A stretch of DNA of 64,000 nt from contig CAXXKT010000003.1 in the NCBI GenBank assembly GCA_963662405.2, positions 1 to 64,000 of the forward strand, written 5' to 3'. The first letter of the stretch is position 1. Every line of letters starts with the position of its first letter. Positions 10,704 through 18,999 of the stretch are shown piece after piece. The notes under the pieces are model-generated. The model was not told the origin of the DNA. It ran no database searches and worked only from the letters and a program-made list of their open reading frames with translations. This DNA comes from Syntrophales bacterium. GTDB taxonomy: Bacteria > Desulfobacterota > Syntrophia > Syntrophales > UBA2210. A program made the translations under genes and the position numbers.

Positions 10704-10818
10704 CCTGCGGCAAGGATGTGTTCTGAACCCAAGGGTCGAGAATGAATGCCCCCCGGCCTGGCATGCGGGCCGGAGGTTCTTTCGGCAGGGGAGGGTGGAA
10801 AAAAGAAAAGTCGGTTGA
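10704..10818 (+). promoter_or_regulatory. Relic copy of the TM1266 leader (conserved motif plus hairpin) and 7-codon gene stub
   Basis: Aligns with 12844-12961; ends in GTG GAA AAA AGA AAA GTC GGT TGA (MEKRKVG*) versus MEQKRVG of the intact gene. Confidence 0.65.
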
Positions 10819-11051
10819 AATTGTACAAAGATACCATAAGGATTAAATAGTTGAATCAAGCGAGATCAAAAAATGCATTCTTCTATTGATATTGTGCCAT
10901 AAATAACATATATCAACTCTGGCATGATTTCCTCAGGGGAGACCGCCTGCCTTCCTTCAAAGGGGCGGCAGTAAAGACATGGGGTTGAATCAGTGGGGCT
11001 CGTGCTGCCGGGTAATTTCTCAATACCATATTGCTGAAGGAGTGTGTGAGG

Positions 11052-12806
11052 ATGGCTTTGATAACGGTGACGGTAGACCAGAGAAGAGTAGAGGTTGAGG
11101 AAGGAAGCACCGTCTTGGAGGCGGCACGCAAGGCGGGCATCATGATACCGACCCTGTGCGCATTGTCCGAGATAGGACATACCCCCGGAGCTTGTCGTGT
11201 CTGCGTAACGGAGGTGGAGGGACAGCGGACACTGGTTGCCGCCTGTGTCTTTCCCGTCAATGAAGGGATGGTAATTCACACCAATACGGAGCGGGTTCGC
11301 ACGGCACGCAAGATGGTGGTTGAACTGCTTCTCGCGAATCATCCGCCGGAGTGTACGACCTGTGTGCGACACGGCCAATGTGAACTTCAAAAGGTGGCCG
11401 AGCAGGTCGGGGTCAGAGAAATCCGGTTTGATACCGCGTTTGTACCGAAAGACGAGGTCGTAGACGCGTCCAGTCCGGCCATCGTGCGGGACACGAGGAA
11501 ATGCATACTCTGTCAGCGGTGCTCGACGGTCTGCGAACAGATCCAGACCGTTTCCGTCCTGACCCCCGCCTGGAGGGGAAGTGACGCACGGGTGGTCCCG
11601 ACCTTCAATCTCCCCCTCGGTGAGACCAATTGCACGAACTGCGGTCAGTGCATCTTGGTCTGCCCGGTGGGTGCCCTGTATGAGAAGGATCAGATCGGAG
11701 AGGTCTGGGCCGCGCTGAACGATCCCGCCAAGCATGTGGTAGTCCAGGAGGCTCCTGCCATCAGGGCGGCGCTGGGAGAGGAATTCGGCATGCCGGTCGG
11801 TTCCCTCGTCACGGGAAAGATGATCGCGGCCTTGAGGAGGCTGGGCTTTGACCAGGTCTTCGATACCAACTTTACCGCCGACCTGACCATCATGGAGGAA
11901 GGGAACGAGCTCCTCAAGCGGGTCAAAGAGGGGGGAACGCTTCCCCTGATCACCTCGTGTTCTCCCGGATGGATCAAGTTTTGCGAACACTTCTATCCTG
12001 ATCTGCTGGCCCATATCTCGACCTGCAAATCGCCGCAGCAGATGTTCGGCGCCATGGCAAAGAGCTACTATGCCGAGTATGCGGGTGTCGATCCGAAGGA
12101 TATCGTTGTCGTCTCCATCATGCCCTGTACGGCGAAGAAGTTTGAGGCCCGGAGGCCGGAAATGGACGACAGCGGGTACCGTGACGTCGATATCGTGCTC
12201 ACCACGAGGGAGCTGGGCCGGATGATCCGGGAGGCGGGGATCGACTTTGTCAATCTCCCCGACGAGGACCCGGATCCACCCATGGGTGAATACACCGGTG
12301 CCGCCACGATCTTCGGCGCCACCGGCGGTGTCATGGAGGCGGCCCTCCGTACCGCGTATGCCGTGGTGACAGGCGAGAGCCTGGGCAATCTCGACATCAA
12401 GCCCGTCCGCGGTCTGGAAGGAGTCAAGGAGGCCGCCGTTGAGGTGCCCGGTCTGGGAGAGGTCAAGGTCGCCGTGGCCCACGGTCTGGGGAACGCCCGG
12501 AAGATCATGGATGCCCTCCGTGCCGGTAAGGCGGACTACCACTTCATCGAGATCATGGCCTGTCCCGGAGGATGCGTGGGCGGCGGTGGTCAGCCCATAC
12601 CCACCAACAGAGAGGTGCGGGCCCTGAGGGCGGGGGCGCTGTATCGCGATGACGGCTCGGTTCAGGAATTGCGGCAGTCCCATGAAAACCCCTCCATCAA
12701 GAAGGCGTACGATACCTTCTTGACGGAACCTCTGGGACACAAATCGCATAAGCTGCTCCACACCTCCTATACGGATCGTGGAACGGACCTGCCCCACAGG
12801 GGGTAG
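11052..12806 (+). CDS. Cytoplasmic [FeFe] hydrogenase, group A, HndD-like ([2Fe-2S], His-ligated [4Fe-4S], 2x[4Fe-4S], H-cluster)
   Basis: IPTLC...GACRVC...AAC; NHPPECTTC...C; CILCQRC and CTNCGQC; ITSCSPGW, MPCTAKKFE, EIMACPGGCVGGGGQP; fused small-subunit-like C-terminus. Confidence 0.93.
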   Translation: MALITVTVDQRRVEVEEGSTVLEAARKAGIMIPTLCALSEIGHTPGACRVCVTEVEGQRTLVAACVFPVNEGMVIHTNTERVRTARKMVVELLLANHPPECTTCVRHGQCELQKVAEQVGVREIRFDTAFVPKDEVVDASSPAIVRDTRKCILCQRCSTVCEQIQTVSVLTPAWRGSDARVVPTFNLPLGETNCTNCGQCILVCPVGALYEKDQIGEVWAALNDPAKHVVVQEAPAIRAALGEEFGMPVGSLVTGKMIAALRRLGFDQVFDTNFTADLTIMEEGNELLKRVKEGGTLPLITSCSPGWIKFCEHFYPDLLAHISTCKSPQQMFGAMAKSYYAEYAGVDPKDIVVVSIMPCTAKKFEARRPEMDDSGYRDVDIVLTTRELGRMIREAGIDFVNLPDEDPDPPMGEYTGAATIFGATGGVMEAALRTAYAVVTGESLGNLDIKPVRGLEGVKEAAVEVPGLGEVKVAVAHGLGNARKIMDALRAGKADYHFIEIMACPGGCVGGGGQPIPTNREVRALRAGALYRDDGSVQELRQSHENPSIKKAYDTFLTEPLGHKSHKLLHTSYTDRGTDLPHRG

Positions 12807-12843
12807 CAATTGACAATTGACCGTTGATGAATAACGGAGAGAG

Positions 12844-12925
12844 CCTGCGGTGAGGATCTGTTCTGAACTCAAGGGCTGGGAACAAACGAAGACCCCCGGC
12901 CTTGTGTGTGCAGACCGGGGTTTTC
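12844..12925 (+). promoter_or_regulatory. Candidate structured leader/attenuator upstream of the TM1266-family gene
   Basis: CCTGCGGTGAGGATCTGTTCTGAACTCAAGGG followed by the hairpin AAGACCCCCGG...CCGGGGTTTT just before the GGGAGG RBS; second copy at 10704. Confidence 0.55.
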
Positions 12926-12939
12926 TGTGGGAGGCGCGC

Positions 12940-13212
12940 ATGGAACAAAAACGGGTCGGTTTTATCGGTGTTATCATCGGAGACAGGGGGAGACAAGCAC
13001 CCCGGGTCAATGAACTGCTCACCGAATACGGAGATCTCATCGTAGGCAGGATGGGAATCCCCTATCACGAGCGGGGTGTGAGCGTCATCGTCCTGATCGT
13101 GGATGGAACGACCAATGAGATCGGTGCCCTGACGGGAAAACTCGGCATGATCGAGGGGGTGACCGTCAAGTCGGCCATGTCAAAAGGATCTGATAGAGGA
13201 GCTGCATCATGA
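12940..13212 (+). CDS. TM1266-family iron-only hydrogenase system putative regulator (ACT-like)
   Basis: KRVGFIGVII...VNELLTEYGDLIVGRMGIPY...VSVIVLIVDG...IGALTGKLG...VTVKS; precedes hydG. Confidence 0.88.
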   Translation: MEQKRVGFIGVIIGDRGRQAPRVNELLTEYGDLIVGRMGIPYHERGVSVIVLIVDGTTNEIGALTGKLGMIEGVTVKSAMSKGSDRGAAS

Positions 13213-14717
13213 GCGCGAAACTCGCGTATGACGAACGTGAAAAGGATTGGATGGCGGGGGTCATCAGGGAAGATGAGATCACCCGGTACCTGACCGACGG
13301 GGAGGACTTCATAGACGACGGGAAGATCTGGGAGGAGATCGAAGGGAACAGGGCCCCCGAACGCCGGAAGATACGGGATATCATCCAGAAATCACTCGCC
13401 ATCGAGACCCTTGATCCCGATGAGACGGCGGCGCTTCTCAACGTCGAGGACGATAATCTGTGGGACGAGATATTCGAGGCGGCCGGGGAGGTGAAGCGGC
13501 GGGTATACGACAATCGGATCGTGACCTTCGCCCCCCTGTACTGCAGTAATTTCTGCGTGAACGACTGCCTGTACTGCGGCTTTCGCAGGGGAAACCGCAT
13601 CGAGACACGCAGGCGGCTGACCATCGAAGAGGTCCGGAGTGAGGCACGGGTCCTCGCCGGTGAGATCGGGCACAAGCGCCTCATCGCCGTCTACGGGGAA
13701 CACCCCCTGTCTGACGCGCGATACATCGCCGACACGATACGGGCCATCTATGATGTCACGGTGAAGACGAAGAACGGGTTCGGACAGATCAGACGGGTCA
13801 ACATCAACGCCGCCCCCATGGCCATCTCCGATCTGGCAATGCTCAGGGAGGTGGGTATCGGGACGTATCAGGTGTTTCAGGAGACGTACCACCACGATAC
13901 GTACCGGCGTATTCACCCCGCAGGGACCCTCAAGGCGCATTACCGGTGGCGGCTTTACACGCTGCACCGGGCGATCGAGGCGGGGATCGACGATGTGGCG
14001 ATCGGTGCCCTTTTCGGTCTGTATGACTGGCGATTCGAGGTGATGGGGCTCCTCTATCACGCCCGTGACCTGGAGCGGCAGTGTAGCGGTCTGGGGCCCC
14101 ACACGATCTCCTTCCCCCGCCTCGAACCGGCGGCGGGGACCCCCTTTTCCCGTGAGACACGCTACCGGGTCTCCGATAATGATTTCAAGAAGGTCGTCGC
14201 CGTGCTCCGTCTCTCCATTCCCTACGCGGGGATGATCATCACCGCCCGGGAGCGCGCGGATATGAGGCGCGAGATCATTCCCCTCGGGTGCACCCAGACG
14301 GACGCCTCCACCCGGATCGGGATCGGGGCCTACTCGGACCGGTACGATGAGCAGGAGGCGGACAGACAGCAGTTCATCCTCGGCGATACGAGAAACCTGG
14401 ACGAGGTGATACGGGAATTTGCGGAAGACGGGTACATCACCTCCTTCTGCACGGCGGGGTATCGGTGCGGGAGGACCGGCGACCGTATCATGAAGCTCCT
14501 GAAGACCGGACAGGAGGGACGTTTCTGCAAGCTCAACGCGGTTCTCACCTTTCGGGAGTGGCTGGATGACTTCGCAAGCGAGGAGACGAAAGTGGCAGGT
14601 GAACGGATCATCAGAAAGGAGATGGCGGAGATAGAGCGTCAGATCCCCGCCGCCTATCCGAAACTGAAGGAGTATTACGGGAGGATCGAGTGTGGTGAAC
14701 GGGACCTCTACTTCTAA
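13209..14717 (+). CDS. hydG: [FeFe] hydrogenase H-cluster radical SAM maturase HydG
   Basis: FAPLYCSNFCVNDCLYCGF, YQVFQETY, PHTISFPRLEPA; C-terminal CX5CX19C motif. Confidence 0.95.
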   Translation: MSAKLAYDEREKDWMAGVIREDEITRYLTDGEDFIDDGKIWEEIEGNRAPERRKIRDIIQKSLAIETLDPDETAALLNVEDDNLWDEIFEAAGEVKRRVYDNRIVTFAPLYCSNFCVNDCLYCGFRRGNRIETRRRLTIEEVRSEARVLAGEIGHKRLIAVYGEHPLSDARYIADTIRAIYDVTVKTKNGFGQIRRVNINAAPMAISDLAMLREVGIGTYQVFQETYHHDTYRRIHPAGTLKAHYRWRLYTLHRAIEAGIDDVAIGALFGLYDWRFEVMGLLYHARDLERQCSGLGPHTISFPRLEPAAGTPFSRETRYRVSDNDFKKVVAVLRLSIPYAGMIITARERADMRREIIPLGCTQTDASTRIGIGAYSDRYDEQEADRQQFILGDTRNLDEVIREFAEDGYITSFCTAGYRCGRTGDRIMKLLKTGQEGRFCKLNAVLTFREWLDDFASEETKVAGERIIRKEMAEIERQIPAAYPKLKEYYGRIECGERDLYF

Positions 14718-14730
14718 AAACGAATTACAG

Positions 14731-14982
14731 ATGTATTTTACCGAAATGGCCCGACGTATCCGGGATACCTACGGGATCGATGTCTGGTTTGCCGAGATCA
14801 CGGGAAAACGGTGGTCCTACCTTGCCGGCAGGACGGGGGAAGAAGAGTCTCCCCTTCCCGCACGGCGGATCGAGCTGACCGACCGCTTCGGGATGATCTC
14901 GGACGAGTGGGACCGGATACCCGCCGATGAGAGTGAGGCCATCGTCTCGTCACTGCGAAAAGCAGCGGAGGATTATGGATAG
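14731..14982 (+). CDS. Small hypothetical protein between hydG and hydE
   Basis: 83-aa ORF whose stop overlaps the hydE start; no recognised motif. Confidence 0.65.
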   Translation: MYFTEMARRIRDTYGIDVWFAEITGKRWSYLAGRTGEEESPLPARRIELTDRFGMISDEWDRIPADESEAIVSSLRKAAEDYG

Positions 14983-16033
14983 GGAAGAGATCCTGCACGT
15001 TCTGAGCAGTCCGGACAGGGACGGGGAACTCTTCCGGATGGCCGATGGTGTGCGGAAGGACCGATGCGGCGATGCGGTTCATGTCCGGGGTATCATCGAG
15101 TTCTCCAATCACTGCTGCCGAAACTGTCTCTACTGTGGGCTGAGGCGGGACAACACGAACCTGACCCGTTACCGGATGGGAGAGGATGAGATCGTGGATC
15201 GCGCCCGCTGGATTACCTCCAACGGTATCAGGACGATCGTCCTCCAGTCGGGGGATGATTTTCACTACACCAGTGCGATGATCTGCCGCATCATCGCACG
15301 GATCAAAGAAAACGACGATGTCGCCGTCACGCTGAGCCTCGGAGAATGGCCTTTCGGCGACTACCGGGCATTCCGGGCCGCGGGGGCGGACCGGTATCTC
15401 CTCAAACATGAAACGGCGAACGGGGAGTTGTACCACCGTCTGCATCCCGGCCAGAGCCTGGAGAAGCGGGTCCGGACCCTGGCATTTCTCCGGGAGATCG
15501 GATACCAGATCGGGGCGGGAAACATCGTCGGTCTCCCCGGCCAGACCTGCGAAGACCTCTGCGAAGATATCCTCCTGCTCGAAGAACTGGATCCCGATAT
15601 GGCGTCCGTCGGCCTCTTCATCCCCCAGCATGACACACCGCTGTCACACCATCCTCCGGGAGATATCCCCACGGCGTTGCGCGTTCTTGCCCTGGCGCGG
15701 ATCGCCACGCAGAACGCCCATATGCCGGTGACGACGGCGATCGTGACCGCCGACCCGGAAAGGGGTCTCATGCGGGGACTGAAGGCCGGGGCAAACGTCA
15801 TCATGCCCGACTACACTCCCGATCCCTGCCGCAAGGAGTACGCCATCTACGACGGGAAGACGCAGATCACGCTGGAACGGACGAAGGAGGCGATCCGCAT
15901 GGCGGGGAGAACGATGGCGGAGACGAAAGGAGACTCGCTGAAACAGACTCATTGCTCCGGCCTGTCGGATAAAAAAAGGGGCACCGCCGGAGTGGTTGAG
16001 AACGTTGCATTGCTACGTGACAAGGTGTCTTGA
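14975..16033 (+). CDS. hydE: [FeFe] hydrogenase H-cluster radical SAM maturase HydE
   Basis: RGIIEFSNHCCRNCLYCGLR, VLQSG, LSLGE, RYLLKHET, GANVIMP...YAIYDGK. Confidence 0.94.
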   Translation: MDREEILHVLSSPDRDGELFRMADGVRKDRCGDAVHVRGIIEFSNHCCRNCLYCGLRRDNTNLTRYRMGEDEIVDRARWITSNGIRTIVLQSGDDFHYTSAMICRIIARIKENDDVAVTLSLGEWPFGDYRAFRAAGADRYLLKHETANGELYHRLHPGQSLEKRVRTLAFLREIGYQIGAGNIVGLPGQTCEDLCEDILLLEELDPDMASVGLFIPQHDTPLSHHPPGDIPTALRVLALARIATQNAHMPVTTAIVTADPERGLMRGLKAGANVIMPDYTPDPCRKEYAIYDGKTQITLERTKEAIRMAGRTMAETKGDSLKQTHCSGLSDKKRGTAGVVENVALLRDKVS

Positions 16034-16128
16034 CATCCATCTTTTTTGTCACGGTCATGGCGTATAACCTCGAGGCCTCACGCGAAAAATACGGCTAGCT
16101 CCTGACGGAAAAGAACGACAAGCTCTTA

Positions 16129-16341
16129 GTGGAGAAGCTGAACCTCGAACGGGCAATGGGAGGGATCAAGACGCTGAGCGGCTTGATCCCTATCTGCTGC
16201 AATTGCAAAAAAGTTCGAAACGATGAAGGGTATTGGCAACAGGTTGAAACGTATGTGCGAGATCGTTCTACGGCAGAGTTCAGCCACGGTAAGGGAGAAT
16301 CAGGTAATAGGATAAAGGGGATCAATGACTATCCTTGTTGA
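16129..16341 (+). pseudogene. Truncated C-terminal Cys-rich output domain of a signalling protein
   Basis: IKTLSGLIPICCNCKKVRNDEGYWQQVETYVRDRSTAEFSHG matches a domain common at the C-terminus of deltaproteobacterial response regulators, cut before its second CxxC. Confidence 0.6.
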
Positions 16342-17593
16342 TCGGGACCACATCGGAATATTCGGCAGGATGAATGCGGGAAAGAGCTCCGTCATGAATC
16401 TCCTGACCCAGCAGAAGACATCCATCGTCGATCCCACCCCCGGCACGACCGCCGACACGAAGATCGCCCTGCAGGAGATTCACGGCATGGGGCCGGTCAA
16501 GCTGTTCGACACCGCCGGGGCGGATGAGAGGAGCGTCCTGGGGGACAAAAAACGCAGGAAGGCCTTCGCCGACCTGAAGGAGTGTGACCTCGTTCTCCTG
16601 GTCATCGATCCGGCTGCGGAGACCTTCGATGTGGAGGATGTTCTCTTGAATCAGGCACGGGACCTGGACAAGCAGATCCTGATCGTCTACAACCTTTTCA
16701 GACCGGAGGACGAAAAGAGGGTACGGGAGGTGGAGAGACGCCTCTCCCTCCTGCGGTTCTACAAGAAGATCAGGATTGCCGCCACCGATCCCGACTACCG
16801 CCGGCCATTGCTTCATTTTATCCTGCACAATTTCGAGTCACGAAATCACCCGATGCCGCTCCTCCCTTTTCTCGAGGAGAACGAATTCTACATCCTCATC
16901 ATCCCGATGGATGAAGAGACCCCGCCGGGGCGATACCTGCGTCCCCAGGCAATGGTGGAGGAGTACATCACCCGCCGCTGGGCCTATCCCGTCTCTTTCC
17001 GTCTGGACCTCAAAAAGGCGCGGAGCGCGGATTCAGCCGAGCGGGAAGGGGAGAGGAGACGGTTTCTCGATCTGGTGGGTGGCCTGGGAAGACAGGCGAA
17101 GGCAATTATCACCGATTCGCAGGCCATGGACGTCATGGCTTTGTGGTGCCCCGAATCGATTCTTTTGACAACCTTCTCGATCGTGATGATCAACTATATC
17201 AGCCGGGGAAGGCTGAACCGGTTCGTCGAAGGGATTACCGCCATGGATGAGATCGGTGAGGGGGATGCCGTCCTGATCGTCGAGGCGTGCAACCACTCGC
17301 GGATCGGCGAGGATATCGGGACCGTTCAGATCCCCAACTACCTCAGGAAGCGGATACCGGGGATCAGGATCGAACACAACTTCGGCAGGGAATTTCAGGA
17401 AAACGAAGAGCTGAAAAAGTACAAGCTGGTTATCCACTGCGGCGGGTGCATGATCACCCCCCAGAAGCTCTCCGCGCGGATCCGTGACCTGGAGAATATC
17501 GGTGTGCCCTTTACCAACTACGGCCTGACCCTCTCATACATGCAAGGCGAAGCGGCCCTCAGGAAGGTCTTGGCGCCCTGGGGCCTGGGCTGA
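16325..17593 (+). CDS. hydF: [FeFe] hydrogenase H-cluster maturation GTPase HydF
   Basis: GRMNAGKSS P-loop, GTTAD, DTAG, ITDSQA, LTTFSI, EACNH...HCGGCM. Confidence 0.93.
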   Translation: MTILVDRDHIGIFGRMNAGKSSVMNLLTQQKTSIVDPTPGTTADTKIALQEIHGMGPVKLFDTAGADERSVLGDKKRRKAFADLKECDLVLLVIDPAAETFDVEDVLLNQARDLDKQILIVYNLFRPEDEKRVREVERRLSLLRFYKKIRIAATDPDYRRPLLHFILHNFESRNHPMPLLPFLEENEFYILIIPMDEETPPGRYLRPQAMVEEYITRRWAYPVSFRLDLKKARSADSAEREGERRRFLDLVGGLGRQAKAIITDSQAMDVMALWCPESILLTTFSIVMINYISRGRLNRFVEGITAMDEIGEGDAVLIVEACNHSRIGEDIGTVQIPNYLRKRIPGIRIEHNFGREFQENEELKKYKLVIHCGGCMITPQKLSARIRDLENIGVPFTNYGLTLSYMQGEAALRKVLAPWGLG

Positions 17594-17640
17594 CGGGGGA
17601 ACCGTCTTTCACAATGTCGAATATTCCCTTGTATAGAGAG

Positions 17641-18999
17641 CTACCTTTTCCCCACCGCCCTGTCAAGGTCGGCGAGGGCGATCAGGTATCCGTATCGGGC
17701 GCGGTAGTAGTTTGAATCGGCCTGTGTCAGAAAGGCCCGTGCATCCAGGACGTCCGACGATGTCACCATCTGCTGATCATACTGGAGCTTGGTGATCCGC
17801 CAGTTCTCCTGTGCCTGTTCGAGTGCTTTTTCTGCCGTTTCGATATTTGTCCGGGCGACGCCCAGGGTGAGAAACGCATTGGTAATCTCCAACCGGACCC
17901 CGTCTTCGATCTCCCTCAGCCGGTTGATCAGGGCTGCCCTGTCATGCCGAACCTTCGCCACGTCCGCCCGTGTCTTTCCCCACTCGAAGAAGGTCCACCG
18001 GGCCTCGACGAGGACGAAGGCATTGTGGCGATTGTTGAAGTCGTTGTTCGATATTTCGAGATCGTTTCCGTTCTCCTCGTAACGTCCCACGAGTGACACC
18101 TCGGGGTAGTAGGCGCTTTCCGCGAGGGTCGCGCCCGTCGTGAGTGACTCGATCCCCAGGCGGGTGATCTTCAGGATGGGTCTCTTCTCCATCGACTCTT
18201 TGACGAGGAGCGCTCTATCGCCCGGCCCTTCGGGGAGGATGTCGATATCCCGCACGACCGTCGGATGATCGATTTCCCGTGTCACGAGGGTGTTGAGGCG
18301 CGATAGGGCAAGCCGTTCATCGGCCCGGGCCTTCTCACGGTTTTGGAGGGCGCTTGCCAGGGCGACCTGGGAGCGGAGGAGATCGTTGCGGGGGATCAGC
18401 CCCTGGTCGAAGAATTTCTGCGCGTCGTCCCTTTGGGCCGTCAGGGAGCCCACTTCATCTTCGGCGACGGCCACCATCTTCTGTGAGAGGAGCACCGTGA
18501 AGTAGGCCTGTTTCACGTCGCGGGCGATATCGAGGATGGCCTGTTGCTTTTCTTCTTCCCGTATTGCGTCCTGCAGTCTGGTCATCTCGTATTGCGACGT
18601 CAGGGCGAACCCCGTGAAGAGGGGCTGGATCAGGGAGATGTCCCAGTGAAACTGTGTCCTGTCGGCGGTCTGCATCGACATCGCCCCCATCTTCTGAAAG
18701 GGTTTTTCCTTGATGTTCGTGTATGAGTATGTGGCGGATGCCTTGGGGAGAAAGTCGGCCCGGGCGCTTTTGATTTCCTGGCGCGCGGCCAGTTGGCTCT
18801 CGGCGGCCTCCCTGATGCGATAGTGATTGTGGGTGGCGATGTCAATCGCCTCCTCCAGTGTCAATCCTGACGTGACATCATCGGCGCAGAGACAGGGGAC
18901 GGCGGGCAGGGCGAGAAGCAGGGCGCCCAGATACGCTATGGCAATCAGCAACCTGTGCATAATGTTGTTTTCCTTTCTTGGTTTTTCTTTATCGGTCAC
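17641..18999 (-). CDS. TolC-family outer membrane efflux protein
   Basis: Signal peptide, LTLEEAI, QPLFTG, VKQAYF, duplicated OEP halves; downstream of the RND permease. Confidence 0.9.
   Translation of the reverse strand: MTDKEKPRKENNIMHRLLIAIAYLGALLLALPAVPCLCADDVTSGLTLEEAIDIATHNHYRIREAAESQLAARQEIKSARADFLPKASATYSYTNIKEKPFQKMGAMSMQTADRTQFHWDISLIQPLFTGFALTSQYEMTRLQDAIREEEKQQAILDIARDVKQAYFTVLLSQKMVAVAEDEVGSLTAQRDDAQKFFDQGLIPRNDLLRSQVALASALQNREKARADERLALSRLNTLVTREIDHPTVVRDIDILPEGPGDRALLVKESMEKRPILKITRLGIESLTTGATLAESAYYPEVSLVGRYEENGNDLEISNNDFNNRHNAFVLVEARWTFFEWGKTRADVAKVRHDRAALINRLREIEDGVRLEITNAFLTLGVARTNIETAEKALEQAQENWRITKLQYDQQMVTSSDVLDARAFLTQADSNYYRARYGYLIALADLDRAVGKR

Noticed and set aside
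10704..12925. T-box or 6S RNA identity for the duplicated leader
   Set aside because: Only short look-alike words; no intact GGTGGNACCGCG antiterminator, specifier stem or 6S rod.
10866..13040. Long antisense ORFs (for example 724 aa here, also 3207-4592, 25634-27226, 41900-43336)
   Set aside because: They mirror real genes codon for codon, as expected with GC-rich codon bias, and show no protein motifs.
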